From an uncultured Aliarcobacter sp. (GTDB lineage: Bacteria > Campylobacterota > Campylobacteria > Campylobacterales > Arcobacteraceae): a DNA stretch of 64,000 nt. Positions 1 through 10,699 of the stretch are shown here, piece by piece (positions within the stretch are counted from its first letter, which is position 1; each line of letters begins with the position of its first letter). The notes under the pieces were generated by a model, which saw only the letters and a list, made by a program, of their open reading frames with translations, did not search any database and was not told the DNA's origin. The stretch spans positions 2,912,001 through 2,976,000 of the forward strand of contig OY781945.1 in the NCBI GenBank assembly GCA_963677435.1. The letters run 5' to 3'. Position numbers and translations under genes: made by a program.

Positions 1-1
1 A

Positions 2-649
2 AATGATTTTTTAGCAAATTGTATCAAATGTGGAATGTGTGTAGAAGCCTGTCCCTTTGATACTTTAAAATTAGCAAAACCAGGTGATAACAAACCTCTT
101 GGAACTCCATTTTTTATTCCAAGAGAAACACCTTGTTATATGTGTATTGATATACCTTGTGTACCTGTTTGTCCAACAAATGCACTTGATATTAAATCTG
201 TACAAAATGAAAAAAAAGAGTTAGATATAAACAAAGCCCAAATGGGTGTTGCAGTTATTGATGATAGTTCATGTATTGCTTTTTGGGGAATTCAATGTGA
301 TGCTTGTTATAGAGCTTGTCCACTTTTAGGAAAAGCTATAACAATTGAATATTCAAAAAATGAAAGAACAGGAAAACACGCATTTTTAAAACCTATTGTA
401 CACACTGATATTTGTACAGGTTGTGGATTATGTGAAAAAGCCTGTGTAACTCAAAAAGCAGCAATTTTTATTCTTCCAAGAAAAGTTGCCCTTGGACGAG
501 CGGGAGATTATTACATCAAAGGCTGGGATAAAAATGATGAAAAAAGATTAGAAAATGCAACAAGCCAAACAACAAAAACCAAAATTAGTAAAGATAGTGC
601 AATTAATTCTTTAAACAATAGCCAAGATATGGAGGATTTATTAAAATGA
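2..649 (+). CDS. napG: Ferredoxin-type protein NapG (5' end lies outside the window)
   Basis: Frame is open from position 2 (NDFLANCIKCGMC...); multiple CxxCxxCxxxCP Fe-S motifs; directly upstream of napH. Confidence 0.93.
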   Translation, partial: NDFLANCIKCGMCVEACPFDTLKLAKPGDNKPLGTPFFIPRETPCYMCIDIPCVPVCPTNALDIKSVQNEKKELDINKAQMGVAVIDDSSCIAFWGIQCDACYRACPLLGKAITIEYSKNERTGKHAFLKPIVHTDICTGCGLCEKACVTQKAAIFILPRKVALGRAGDYYIKGWDKNDEKRLENATSQTTKTKISKDSAINSLNNSQDMEDLLK

Positions 650-1452
650 TAAAAAAATATAGATTCTTAATTGCTAGAAGAATTACACAAATTACTATTA
701 TGGTTTTATATGTTATTGCAAATGTATATGGAATAGATATTTTAATGGGAAACCTAAGCTCTTCTTTACTTTTAAAAGTTGTGCCTTTAAGTGATCCATA
801 TGCTGTTATTCAAATGCTTTTTGCAGGTGCGATTATATCTTTTGATATTCTTTTGGGAGCTTTTATAATCTCAATATTTTATGCAATTATTGGTGGTCGA
901 GCTTTTTGTTCTTGGGTTTGTCCTGTAAATATGATTACAGATGCAGCAAACTTTTTGAGAAGAAAATTTGGATTTAATCAAATTCAAAAAAAACAACCAG
1001 CATCAAGAAATATAAGATATTGGGTAATTGCTGTTAGTTTTATTATCTCTTTTTTTATGGGTATTGCAGCCTTTGAAATGATTTCTCCAATTTCAATGAT
1101 TCATAGAGGAATTATTTTTGGATTAGGATTTGGATGGGCAACTATACTTGTAATTTTTCTTTTTGATTTGTTTGTTTTAAAAAATGGTTGGTGTGGTCAT
1201 ATATGTCCACTTGGTGGATTTTATTCACTAATTGGAAGATTTAGTTTAATAAGAGTTCATCATGATTCAGATAAATGCACAGCTTGTATGAAATGCAAAG
1301 AAGTTTGTCCAGAAAATCAAGTTTTACACATGGTTACAAAAACTTCAATTCCTGTATTGTCAGGGGAATGTACAAACTGTGGAAGATGCGTAGAAGTGTG
1401 CGATGATGATGCACTTAATTTTTCAATAAAAAAATTTAATAAGGGAGAATAA
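646..1452 (+). CDS. napH: Quinol dehydrogenase membrane subunit NapH
   Basis: TM helices, GRAFCSWVCP and GWCGHICP motifs, two C-terminal 4Fe-4S motifs. Confidence 0.95.
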   Translation: MIKKYRFLIARRITQITIMVLYVIANVYGIDILMGNLSSSLLLKVVPLSDPYAVIQMLFAGAIISFDILLGAFIISIFYAIIGGRAFCSWVCPVNMITDAANFLRRKFGFNQIQKKQPASRNIRYWVIAVSFIISFFMGIAAFEMISPISMIHRGIIFGLGFGWATILVIFLFDLFVLKNGWCGHICPLGGFYSLIGRFSLIRVHHDSDKCTACMKCKEVCPENQVLHMVTKTSIPVLSGECTNCGRCVEVCDDDALNFSIKKFNKGE

Positions 1453-1453
1453 C

Positions 1454-2056
1454 ATGAAGTTAGGTAAATTAACTTTAGGTATCATAACAGCTGCAACACT
1501 ATTAGTTATTAATTGTTCAGCAAGTAAAACTGTAAGTGAAGAATCTTTAGGATTAAGAACTACTAATATTTATTCAGAAGATACAACAACATCAGATAAA
1601 ACTCAATATGGTACAAAACCAGCAGGAGAAAGTACTAAAATTGCTAGAGCATTTGAAAATGCACCGCCTATGATTCCCCATGATATTGAGGGAATGTTGC
1701 CAATAACTATTGATAATAACCAATGTACTATGTGTCATGATCCAGCAGTTGCTGTTTCAATGGGAGCAACTCCAATTCCAAAAACACACTTTACTAATTT
1801 TAGACCAAAAACTGAACTAACAAAAGATGGTGTAATGTTAAAAAATGGAAAACATCTTGATAATACTATTGATATTAAAACAGTTGAAAAACCACTTGAT
1901 TCTTTAGCAGGAGCTAGATTTAACTGTTCACAATGTCATGTTCCTCAATCAGAGGGAAATAATGTACCAAAAAATAATTTTACTTCTGAATTTAGAAGTG
2001 AGGGATTAAATGGTAAATCAAACTTAATTGATACAATTAATGAGGGTGTAAAATAG
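1454..2056 (+). CDS. napB: Diheme cytochrome c subunit NapB
   Basis: Signal peptide, NAPPMIPH, two CxxCH motifs (CTMCH, CSQCH). Confidence 0.95.
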   Translation: MKLGKLTLGIITAATLLVINCSASKTVSEESLGLRTTNIYSEDTTTSDKTQYGTKPAGESTKIARAFENAPPMIPHDIEGMLPITIDNNQCTMCHDPAVAVSMGATPIPKTHFTNFRPKTELTKDGVMLKNGKHLDNTIDIKTVEKPLDSLAGARFNCSQCHVPQSEGNNVPKNNFTSEFRSEGLNGKSNLIDTINEGVK

Positions 2057-2059
2057 CTT

Positions 2060-2539
2060 ATGAAAAGAAGAGAACTTTTTAGTTCTCTTGCTTCATCTTT
2101 TAAACAAAAAGAGAAACAAGAGAAAATTTTAAGACCACCTTATTTTAATGATGAAGCTATTTTCTTGACAAACTGTACAAGTTGTGAGGGATTATGTAGT
2201 ACAGCTTGTGAAGAAAATATTATATTTATTCAAGAAGATTCTACTCCTAAACTTGATTTTACTTTTGGTGGTTGTACCTATTGTGATGAGTGTGCAAATG
2301 TTTGTCCAAATGATGTATTAAAAGTTGATTATAAAAAAACTATAAATGCAAAAATAGAAATTGATGTATTATCATGTTTAGCATGGAATCAAACAATGTG
2401 TTTTTCATGTAAAGACCCCTGTTTAGATGATGCAATAGATTTTTTAGCAATGTTTAGACCAAGTATAAATGATAAGTGCACTTCTTGTGGATTTTGTTTA
2501 AAAGTTTGCCCAACAAATGCCATAAAAATTGTTTCATAA
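2060..2539 (+). CDS. napF: Ferredoxin-type protein NapF
   Basis: N-terminal RRELF, LRPPY motif, four Cys clusters; nap operon order. Confidence 0.88.
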   Translation: MKRRELFSSLASSFKQKEKQEKILRPPYFNDEAIFLTNCTSCEGLCSTACEENIIFIQEDSTPKLDFTFGGCTYCDECANVCPNDVLKVDYKKTINAKIEIDVLSCLAWNQTMCFSCKDPCLDDAIDFLAMFRPSINDKCTSCGFCLKVCPTNAIKIVS

Positions 2540-2554
2540 AAAATTGGAGGAAAA

Positions 2555-3508
2555 ATGAACCTATTAAAAAGCTTTTTATTCATATTTTTATTTTTGAATT
2601 TAAATGCAAAAGATTTAACTCCAACATTTTCACTACTTGCAAGTGGTGGCGTGACTGATTTAGTTTTAAATCAAAACAAACTTTTTGTTGCAACAACAGC
2701 ATCAAGTGTTGATATTTTTGATATAAAAACCAAAGAAAAAATAGATTCAATAAAAATGCCTAAAATAAAAGACTTTTTAAATGAAACTATTGATTCAAGA
2801 ATATATAGCGTTGATGTATTAAACGATAATATTTTAATTCTTTCTCAAGGCGAAAATGGTGGAAGAAATATTGATATTTATAAAGATGGGAAAATTAAAA
2901 GTATTACAAAAGATTCTGAAAGATTATTTATAGCATATGCAAAGTTTTTAGATGAAAATCATATTATTTATGCCCTACTTTCTAATCAAATTTATCTTTA
3001 TGATATTAAAAATAAAAAGATTTTAAAAGAGATTCAAGTTTCTCAATCAAAATTCTCAAATTTCAAATTAACAAAAGACAAAAGTAAAATCGCAATTTGT
3101 GATGAAAGTGGAGTTATAACTTTACTAGATTCAAAAAGTTTTGAAATTCTTGAAACTTTTAAATATCAAAATCTTGACAATGTATTTCAAGTTGATATTA
3201 AAAATGATTTTATTCTAACAGCAGGACAAGACAGACGAGCAGCTTTTTACAATATAAATACAAAAGCTGCTTATTATAAAGAGTTTTCTTTTTTGATTTA
3301 TAGTGTTGGACTAAGTCCAAGTGCCAGCCTTGCAGGAGTTTCAAGTGATGAAGAGAATAATGTAACTATTTTTGATACAAAAACAAAAGAAGATTTATAT
3401 AAATTAACTCAAAACAAATCTACTTTATCAAATATTTTATTTATAAATGAAGATGAAGTTATTGTATCAAGTGATGACAAAAAAATAAACTATTATAAAA
3501 TTAATTAA
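2555..3508 (+). CDS. napL: WD40/beta-propeller periplasmic protein NapL
   Basis: Signal peptide, repetitive beta-strand pattern, position between napF and napD as in Campylobacterota napAGHBFLD. Confidence 0.8.
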   Translation: MNLLKSFLFIFLFLNLNAKDLTPTFSLLASGGVTDLVLNQNKLFVATTASSVDIFDIKTKEKIDSIKMPKIKDFLNETIDSRIYSVDVLNDNILILSQGENGGRNIDIYKDGKIKSITKDSERLFIAYAKFLDENHIIYALLSNQIYLYDIKNKKILKEIQVSQSKFSNFKLTKDKSKIAICDESGVITLLDSKSFEILETFKYQNLDNVFQVDIKNDFILTAGQDRRAAFYNINTKAAYYKEFSFLIYSVGLSPSASLAGVSSDEENNVTIFDTKTKEDLYKLTQNKSTLSNILFINEDEVIVSSDDKKINYYKIN

Positions 3509-3520
3509 AAGGATTATAAA

Positions 3521-3907
3521 ATGAATATCTCAAGTATCGTTGTAAAAACATTGCCAGAACATATAAATGAGGTTGTTAAATCTTTAAAAAATTGTGAAGT
3601 ATGTGATTATCATATGCACGATGAATTAGGAAGAGTTATTATCACAATTGAGGGTAATGGTGTTCAAGAAGAGTTAACAAAACTAAGAGTAATTGAAGCT
3701 CTTCCATATGTAATGAGTGCAGATATGCAAATGGCTTATAGTGAAGATGAATTAAATTCTCATATTGATGTGTTGTCAAATGCTGATGTAGTTCCAAAAA
3801 TTTTAAATGATAAAAATGTTCAATCTCATGAGATAGTTTATAATGGCGATTTAAAGAAAAAAGAGTTAGAGGGTTTTAGTAGAACATTTGATAAAACAGG
3901 AAAATAA
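3521..3907 (+). CDS. napD: NapA signal-peptide chaperone NapD
   Basis: N-terminal MNISSIVV and GRVIITIE motifs typical of NapD. Confidence 0.9.
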   Translation: MNISSIVVKTLPEHINEVVKSLKNCEVCDYHMHDELGRVIITIEGNGVQEELTKLRVIEALPYVMSADMQMAYSEDELNSHIDVLSNADVVPKILNDKNVQSHEIVYNGDLKKKELEGFSRTFDKTGK

Positions 3908-3908
3908 A

Positions 3909-4352
3909 ATGGAATTTTTAAGTGGAAATTTTTTATGTGAAACTATTGTTCCCAAAGATGAACTAATAGTTTCAAGAACTGATTTAAAGGGAAATATTAC
4001 TTATTCAAATGATACATTTGCTTTTATTTCTGGTTATAGTATAGATGAATTGATTGGAAAACCTCATAATATCCTAAGACATCCTGATATGCCAAAATCT
4101 ATTTTCAAAGAACTTTGGGAAGATTTAAAAACAAAAGGTTCATGGAGTGGAGTAATTAAAAATAAAAGAAAAGATGATGGTTTTTATTGGGTTTATGCTG
4201 AAATTTCAGGAGTATATAAAAATGAAACTTTAGTAGAATACAAATCAATCAGAACTCCAATTTCATTTAATGAAAAAAAGCAGCACCAATTAAAATATGA
4301 CGAAATGAAAAAAAATGCCAAAGAAAGCCTTAGAAAAGTCATTTATGAATAA
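3909..4352 (+). CDS. Stand-alone Aer/CetB-type PAS domain protein
   Basis: LIVSRTDLKGNITY, ELIGKPHNILRHPDMP, KNKRKDDGFYWV; ATG at 3909 just after the napD stop, with AGGA upstream. Confidence 0.85.
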   Translation: MEFLSGNFLCETIVPKDELIVSRTDLKGNITYSNDTFAFISGYSIDELIGKPHNILRHPDMPKSIFKELWEDLKTKGSWSGVIKNKRKDDGFYWVYAEISGVYKNETLVEYKSIRTPISFNEKKQHQLKYDEMKKNAKESLRKVIYE

Positions 4353-4387
4353 GTAATAATTAAATTTTATTAAATTAGTTACTTATT
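4348..4387 (+). terminator. Putative intrinsic terminator after the nap operon
   Basis: AATAAGTAA...TTACTTATT inverted repeat, AT-rich. Confidence 0.4.
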
Positions 4388-4526
4388 AAATACATTTAAT
4401 TACATATAAATTACATAATTTTAAATTTCTCTTTAAATTGATTAAAAAATAACCTGTTTTGCTATTCTAATCCTATTTTTAATCTGTATACTGACTATCA
4501 GATTTTAATTCAACAAAGGATAGAAA

Positions 4527-5543
4527 ATGAAAATACTAAAAACAATCTCATTAGGTGTGGCAACACTTGCACTTGCATCAACAATGGCATCAGCAGATAC
4601 ATTGGAAAATACTATTAAAAACGGTAAATTAAATTGTGGTTTAAATACAGGTCTTCCAGGTTTTGCAGCTCCTGATTCTTCTGGAGTTTGGACAGGTTTA
4701 GATGTGGATGTTTGTAGAGCAGTTGCAGCAGCAGTTCTTGGAGATGCTACTAAAGTTAATTATGCACACTTAAATGCAAAAGAAAGATTTACAGCACTTC
4801 AAAGTGGTGAAATTGATGTACTATCTAGAAATACTACTTGGACAGCATCAAGAGATGTATCATTAGGTTTAAACTTTACAGGTGTAAACTATTATGATGG
4901 TCAAGGTTTTTTAGTATCTAAAAAATTAGGTGTTAAATCTGCAAAAGAATTAAGTGGAGCAACTTTTTGTATTCAAGCAGGAACTACAACTGAACTTAAC
5001 TTAACAGATTATTTTAAAGCTAATAAAATGGAATATACTCCTATTACTTATGATACATCAGCACAAACAATTCAAGGTTTTGAAGAAGGTAGATGTGATG
5101 CTTTAACATCTGATGCTTCTCAATTATATGGATTAAAAACTCAATTAAAAGATCCAAATTCAGCAATCGTACTTCCTGAAATTATTTCAAAAGAGCCATT
5201 AGGCCCTGCAGTTAGACAAGGTGATGATAAATGGTTTAAAATTGTTAGATGGACTGAAATTGCAATGTTAAATGCAGAAGAATTAGGTATTACTTCTAAA
5301 AATGTTGATGAAATGTTAAAAAGTCCAAATCCAGATATCCAAAGATTACTAGGAGTTACTGGTGATATTGGTCAAAATTTAGGATTGGATCCAAAATGGG
5401 CATATAATATTATTAAACAAGTTGGAAATTACGGAGAATCATTTGACAGAAATGTTGGTAAAGGTTCACCACTTGGTATTGAAAGAGGATTAAATGCCTT
5501 ATGGAAAGATGGTGGTCTTCAATATGGTGCACCAATTAGATAA
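4527..5543 (+). CDS. aapJ: General L-amino acid ABC transporter substrate-binding protein (AapJ/BztA type)
   Basis: Signal peptide; GLDVDVCRAVAAAV, ERFTALQSGEIDVLSRNTTWT, ISKEPLGP, VGNYGE motifs. Confidence 0.92.
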   Translation: MKILKTISLGVATLALASTMASADTLENTIKNGKLNCGLNTGLPGFAAPDSSGVWTGLDVDVCRAVAAAVLGDATKVNYAHLNAKERFTALQSGEIDVLSRNTTWTASRDVSLGLNFTGVNYYDGQGFLVSKKLGVKSAKELSGATFCIQAGTTTELNLTDYFKANKMEYTPITYDTSAQTIQGFEEGRCDALTSDASQLYGLKTQLKDPNSAIVLPEIISKEPLGPAVRQGDDKWFKIVRWTEIAMLNAEELGITSKNVDEMLKSPNPDIQRLLGVTGDIGQNLGLDPKWAYNIIKQVGNYGESFDRNVGKGSPLGIERGLNALWKDGGLQYGAPIR

Positions 5544-5577
5544 TACGCATAATTAATTGTAATAAATTATTTAATAT

Positions 5578-5604
5578 AAAGGGGAAATATCATTTCCCCT
5601 TTTT
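5578..5604 (+). terminator. Stem-loop between aapJ and aapQ (terminator or mRNA-stabilising hairpin)
   Basis: AAAGGGGAAAT-ATC-ATTTCCCCTTT followed by T residues. Confidence 0.75.
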
Positions 5605-5622
5605 CATACATAAGGTGAAAAA

Positions 5623-6807
5623 ATGAAAGAACACAAAAAAATAGCAAAAGGTAATGTCGCCTTTTATAATAATCCAGAGATAAGAGCCATCATTTATCAA
5701 GTAATAGCTCTTGCAGGTATATTCTTATTTACATACTATGTTCTACATAATATGTTTATAAATATTGAAAAACGTGGGATTAATACAGGATTTGACTTTT
5801 TAGGTAGTGAAGCTGGATTTGGTATCATATCAACACTAATTCCATATACTGAATCAGATACTTATGGTAGAGTATTTGTAATAGGTATATTAAATACTCT
5901 TTTAGTTTCAGGAATTGGTATATTCTTTTCAACAATTATTGGTTTACTTGTTGGAGTGGGAAGATTATCAAAAAATTTTATGATTTCTAAACTTTCTTTA
6001 ATTTATGTAGAAACTTTTAGAAATATTCCAATATTACTTCAAATCTTATTTTGGTACAATGTTGTATTAGCTGCACTTCCAGGCCCTAGACAATCTTTGT
6101 CTTATTTAGACGCTTTTTTCCTAAATAATAGGGGATTATATATTCCAAAACCTATCTTAGAAAGTGGATTTATTTCTGTATTTATTGCATTTATTATTGC
6201 AATTGCAGGAGTTGTTTATCTTATGAAATGGGCAAAAAAGAAACATGATGAAACAGGTGAAGAGTTTCCAGTGTTTTGGACTTCTTTAGTAATTTTAATT
6301 GCAGGACCAGTTTTAGTTTATTTCATTAGTGGATCACCTGCTTCATTAGAATATGCAGAACTTAAAGGTTTTAACTTTGTTGGTGGATGGACATTAACTC
6401 CTGAACTTTTAGCTTTATCTTTTGCACTTAGTATTTATCCTGCAACTTATATCGCAGAAGCAGTAAGAGCAGGAATAGAAGCTGTTCCAAAAGGACAAAA
6501 AGAAGCTGCAAATGCCTTAGGACTTAAAGATTATATTATCTTAAAAAAAGTTGTTCTTCCTCAAGCATTAAGAGTTATTATTCCACCTGTTATTAATCAA
6601 TACTTAAACTTGATGAAAAACTCATCACTAGCAACTGCTATTGGTTATCCAGAACTTGTAACACTATTTGCAGGAACTGCACTAAATCAAGTTGGTCAAG
6701 CAATTGAAATAATTTTAATGACAATGGCAGTATATTTAACTATTAGTATTGTCATCTCTTTAGTAATGAATATTATTAATGCAAAAATGCAAATAAGGGA
6801 GAGATAA
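5623..6807 (+). CDS. aapQ: Amino acid ABC transporter permease (AapQ type)
   Basis: TM helices; ETFRNIPILLQ and AEAVRAGIEAVPKGQKEAA (EAA loop). Confidence 0.9.
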   Translation: MKEHKKIAKGNVAFYNNPEIRAIIYQVIALAGIFLFTYYVLHNMFINIEKRGINTGFDFLGSEAGFGIISTLIPYTESDTYGRVFVIGILNTLLVSGIGIFFSTIIGLLVGVGRLSKNFMISKLSLIYVETFRNIPILLQILFWYNVVLAALPGPRQSLSYLDAFFLNNRGLYIPKPILESGFISVFIAFIIAIAGVVYLMKWAKKKHDETGEEFPVFWTSLVILIAGPVLVYFISGSPASLEYAELKGFNFVGGWTLTPELLALSFALSIYPATYIAEAVRAGIEAVPKGQKEAANALGLKDYIILKKVVLPQALRVIIPPVINQYLNLMKNSSLATAIGYPELVTLFAGTALNQVGQAIEIILMTMAVYLTISIVISLVMNIINAKMQIRER

Positions 6808-7886
6808 TGGCAATTTATAAAAAACTAGAAGCAAAACCAGCTCCTAAGGGAACTAAAGGAGTTGGAAAATGGATACAAGAAAATCTATTTCCATCTTTTA
6901 CTAGTTCTATTTTAACTATTTTATCGATTCTATTACTTTGCTATATTATTCCTCCATTATTAGACTGGATGGTTTTTGATGCAACTTGGTCAGGAACAAA
7001 AGAAGAGATAACAAAACATGGTGCTAGATGGATTTTTATTTATGAAAAATTCAATCAGTTTATTTATGGTTTTTATCCAGAAGAGTTATACTGGAGACCA
7101 AATCTTATTTTAGCTTATTTTATAGCTTCAATAATAGTATTTAAGAAAATCAATCATATTAAAGTAAGAGCCGCAGTACTTATTTTATTTCCAATTGTTT
7201 CGTTTGTTTTACTTTATGGTGGATTCGGATTAGAAATAGTTCCAACTACAAAATGGGGTGGATTATTACTTACTATTGTAGTTGCAGCTGTGGGTATTGT
7301 TGTATCTTTTCCAATAGGAATAATATTTGCTCTTGGACGACAATCTAAAATGCCAATTATTAAAACAATAAGTGTTATTTATATTGAATTTATTAGGGGT
7401 GTTCCTTTAATTACTTTACTGTTTATGTCATCTGTAATTCTTCCATTATTTTTCCCTGAGGGTATGAATTTTGATAAATTACTTAGAGCATTAATTGGTG
7501 TTACTCTTTTTCAAGCTGCATATATTGCAGAAGTAGTTAGGGGTGGATTACAAGCTATTCCAAAAGGACAATATGAAGCATGTGATTCAATTGGTCTTTC
7601 ATATTGGCAAGCAATGGGCTTAGTAATTTTGCCACAAGCACTTAAAATTTCAATTCCAAATATAGTTGGATCGTTTGTTGCTTTATTTAAAGATACAACA
7701 TTAGTTTTAATTATTGGATTATTTGATGTTTTAGCAATGGTAACATTAACAACAAAAGATCCTCATTGGTTAGGATTTGAAACAGAGGGTTATGTTTTTG
7801 TAACCATCATTTATTGGATTATTTGTTTTAGTATGTCGAAATATGCACAATCAGTAGAAAACAAATTTAATACAGATCATAAATAG
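6807..7886 (+). CDS. aapM: Amino acid ABC transporter permease (AapM type)
   Basis: WGGLLLT, EFIRGVPLI, AEVVRGGLQAIPKGQYEA. Confidence 0.9.
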   Translation: MAIYKKLEAKPAPKGTKGVGKWIQENLFPSFTSSILTILSILLLCYIIPPLLDWMVFDATWSGTKEEITKHGARWIFIYEKFNQFIYGFYPEELYWRPNLILAYFIASIIVFKKINHIKVRAAVLILFPIVSFVLLYGGFGLEIVPTTKWGGLLLTIVVAAVGIVVSFPIGIIFALGRQSKMPIIKTISVIYIEFIRGVPLITLLFMSSVILPLFFPEGMNFDKLLRALIGVTLFQAAYIAEVVRGGLQAIPKGQYEACDSIGLSYWQAMGLVILPQALKISIPNIVGSFVALFKDTTLVLIIGLFDVLAMVTLTTKDPHWLGFETEGYVFVTIIYWIICFSMSKYAQSVENKFNTDHK

Positions 7887-7901
7887 GAATAGGAAAAGAT
7901 T

Positions 7902-8648
7902 ATGAGTAATTTAGATTATATGATAGAAATGACTAATGTTAACAAATGGTATGGTAATTTTCATGTACTAAAAGATGTTAACTTAAGAGTTAAAAAAGGT
8001 GAAAGAATAGTTATTTGTGGACCTTCAGGTTCTGGTAAATCTACAACTATTAGATGTATGAATAGACTTGAAGCTTTTCAAGAGGGTGAATTATATGTTG
8101 CTGGTTTAGAAATGACTGAAGATGTAAAAAGAATTAGAGACATAAGAACTCATGTTGGTATGGTATTTCAACATTTTAATCTTTTCCCACATCTTTCAAT
8201 TTTAGAAAATCTTATTTTAGCTCCAACTTGGGTAGGTAAAGTTCCAAGAAAAAAAGCTATAGAAACTGCAATGTATTATCTTGAAAGGGTAAAAATTGCA
8301 GAACAAGCACATAAGTTTCCAAATCAATTATCAGGGGGACAACAACAGCGTGTTGCAATTGCTAGATGTTTATGTATTAACCCTGATATTATGTTATTTG
8401 ATGAACCAACATCTGCACTTGACCCTGAAATGATTGGAGAAGTTCTAGATGTTATGACAGAACTAGCAGATGAAGGAATTACAATGGTTTGTGTAACTCA
8501 TGAAATGGGATTTGCAAAAAAAGTTGCCGATAGAGTAATTTTTATGGATGCAGGACAAATAGTAGAAGAAAATACTCCAAAAGAGTTCTTTGAAAATCCT
8601 CAATCAGATAGATTAAAACTATTCTTGGAGCAAATCCTAGACCACTAA
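7902..8648 (+). CDS. aapP: Amino acid ABC transporter ATP-binding protein (AapP type)
   Basis: Walker [28 protein letters not shown]. Confidence 0.93.
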   Translation: MSNLDYMIEMTNVNKWYGNFHVLKDVNLRVKKGERIVICGPSGSGKSTTIRCMNRLEAFQEGELYVAGLEMTEDVKRIRDIRTHVGMVFQHFNLFPHLSILENLILAPTWVGKVPRKKAIETAMYYLERVKIAEQAHKFPNQLSGGQQQRVAIARCLCINPDIMLFDEPTSALDPEMIGEVLDVMTELADEGITMVCVTHEMGFAKKVADRVIFMDAGQIVEENTPKEFFENPQSDRLKLFLEQILDH

Positions 8649-8663
8649 AAATAAGGATAGTTG

Positions 8664-9278
8664 ATGTCATTAGTGAGTATATTTACATTTGCAGGTGCAA
8701 TGTTTTTATTAGCAGTTACTCCAGGTCCTGGGGTATTTGCTACAATTTCAAGAGCTTTAGCTTCAGGTTTTGCTAATGCTTCATTTGTAGTATTAGGAAT
8801 AGTGCTTGGTGATATTATTTTTCTATTACTAGCTATTTTTGGTCTTAGTGCCATTGCAACTGTTTTAGGTGATTTTTTTATACTTGTTAAATATTTAGGT
8901 GGAATATATCTTCTATTTTTAGCATATAAAATTTTAACTGCAAAAGAGATTGAAACAAATTTAGAAGCAATTCATGAATTATCTTGGAAAAAAAATTTCA
9001 TCTCAGGACTTTTAATAACATTGAGTAATCCTAAAGTAATTCTATTTTATTTAGGTTTTTTACCAACTTTTATAAATTTACAAACTTTAAGCACACTTGA
9101 TATTGTTATTATCTCAGTAATAGTAACTTTCGTACTTGGTGGAGTAATGCTAACTTATGCCTATAGCGCAAGTGGTGCAAGAAATCTATTTAAAAGTAAA
9201 AGTGCAAAAAGAAAAATGAATATACTTGCAGGAACTGTAATGATGACAGCTGGTGGTGCGTTAATTATTAAAGCATAA
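8664..9278 (+). CDS. LysE/RhtB family amino acid exporter
   Basis: TPGPG and SNPK motifs, six TM helices; ATG at 8664 after AAGGA. Confidence 0.9.
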   Translation: MSLVSIFTFAGAMFLLAVTPGPGVFATISRALASGFANASFVVLGIVLGDIIFLLLAIFGLSAIATVLGDFFILVKYLGGIYLLFLAYKILTAKEIETNLEAIHELSWKKNFISGLLITLSNPKVILFYLGFLPTFINLQTLSTLDIVIISVIVTFVLGGVMLTYAYSASGARNLFKSKSAKRKMNILAGTVMMTAGGALIIKA

Positions 9279-9312
9279 AACTTTAATAAATTCTAATCTT
9301 AGGATTATATAA

Positions 9313-10677
9313 ATGACTATTTTTAATCTTTTTAAAATAGGTATAGGACCTTCAAGTTCACATACAGTAGGTCCAATGTTAATAGCAAAAAATTTTTGTG
9401 AAACAATAAAAAATCAAAATCTCTTTAATGATATTACTAGAATAAAAGTAGAACTTTTTGGCTCACTAGGCTCTACTGGAGTTGGACATCAAAGTGATGT
9501 TGCAGTAATTTTAGGACTATTAGGGAATATTCCTAAAAGTGTTGACTTAGACAGCATTGACAAAACTATAAATGAAGTAAAAAAAAACTCTACTATTAAA
9601 CTTCTAAATGAAAAAATAATAAACTTTTCTTTTAAAAATGATTTAATTTTACATAAAAACAAAATTCTTCCTTTTCATCCAAATGCTATTAAACTAACTA
9701 TATACAAAGAGTTAGATGAATTATTTAATAAAACATATTATTCTATTGGTGGTGGAGAAATAACAAACGAAGATGAAATAAACAATGAATTAAAAGAGAC
9801 AAGTAATCTACCTTTTTCCTTCTCAAGTGCAAAAGAACTTTTACAGTTATGTAAAAAAAATTCTATGAGTATTAGTGAACTAATTTTAGAAAATGAAAAA
9901 ATATTTAAATCAAAAGAATCTATAGAAAATGACTTACTTGAAATTTGGCAAGTAATGAAAGAGTGTGTTCAAAATGGTTTAAAAGCAGATGGTACATTAA
10001 GAGGTGGACTAAATGTACCTAAAAGAGCTTTTAATCTTTATACTAAATTAATAAATAAACAAGACAATGACCCTTTAGTTTTTATGGATTGGGTAAATCT
10101 TTTTGCAATTGCCGTAAACGAAGAAAATGCAAGTACAAAAAGAGTGGTAACTGCTCCTACAAATGGAGCTGCTGGAATTATTCCAGCGGTTATGCATTAT
10201 ATTATTAAATTTTTACTAAAAGAAGATGAGAATGAAAATGAAGTTGCAATAAACTTTTTATTAACAGCTGGTGCCATTGGACTTTTATATCAAAAAAATG
10301 CTTCTATTTCAGGTGCGGATGTTGGATGCCAAGGTGAAGTTGGTGTTGCTTGTTCTATGGCAGCAGCTGGACTTGCACAATATTTAGGAGCTACAATTGA
10401 ACAAACAGAATATGCAGCAGAAATTGGAATGGAACACAATTTAGGACTTACTTGTGACCCAATTGGTGGATTGGTTCAAATACCTTGTATTGAAAGAAAT
10501 GCTATGGGAGCTGTAAAAGCTATAAATGCTGCAAGAATGGCACTGAATTCTGATGGAAAACACTATGTTTCTCTGGATTCAGTAATAAAAACTATGTATG
10601 ACACAGGTAAAGATATGAAAAAGAAATATAAAGAGACTTCACAAGGTGGACTTGCTGTTCACTATGTTGAATGTTAA
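9313..10677 (+). CDS. sdaA: Fe-S L-serine ammonia-lyase (single chain)
   Basis: [53 protein letters not shown]. Confidence 0.96.
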   Translation: MTIFNLFKIGIGPSSSHTVGPMLIAKNFCETIKNQNLFNDITRIKVELFGSLGSTGVGHQSDVAVILGLLGNIPKSVDLDSIDKTINEVKKNSTIKLLNEKIINFSFKNDLILHKNKILPFHPNAIKLTIYKELDELFNKTYYSIGGGEITNEDEINNELKETSNLPFSFSSAKELLQLCKKNSMSISELILENEKIFKSKESIENDLLEIWQVMKECVQNGLKADGTLRGGLNVPKRAFNLYTKLINKQDNDPLVFMDWVNLFAIAVNEENASTKRVVTAPTNGAAGIIPAVMHYIIKFLLKEDENENEVAINFLLTAGAIGLLYQKNASISGADVGCQGEVGVACSMAAAGLAQYLGATIEQTEYAAEIGMEHNLGLTCDPIGGLVQIPCIERNAMGAVKAINAARMALNSDGKHYVSLDSVIKTMYDTGKDMKKKYKETSQGGLAVHYVEC

Positions 10678-10699
10678 TAAATAATTTAAAGGATTCAAA

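Noticed and set aside
4481..4504. AATCTG...CAGATT inverted repeat upstream of aapJ
   Set aside because: Short; could be a 5' UTR hairpin or an operator, but cannot be assigned
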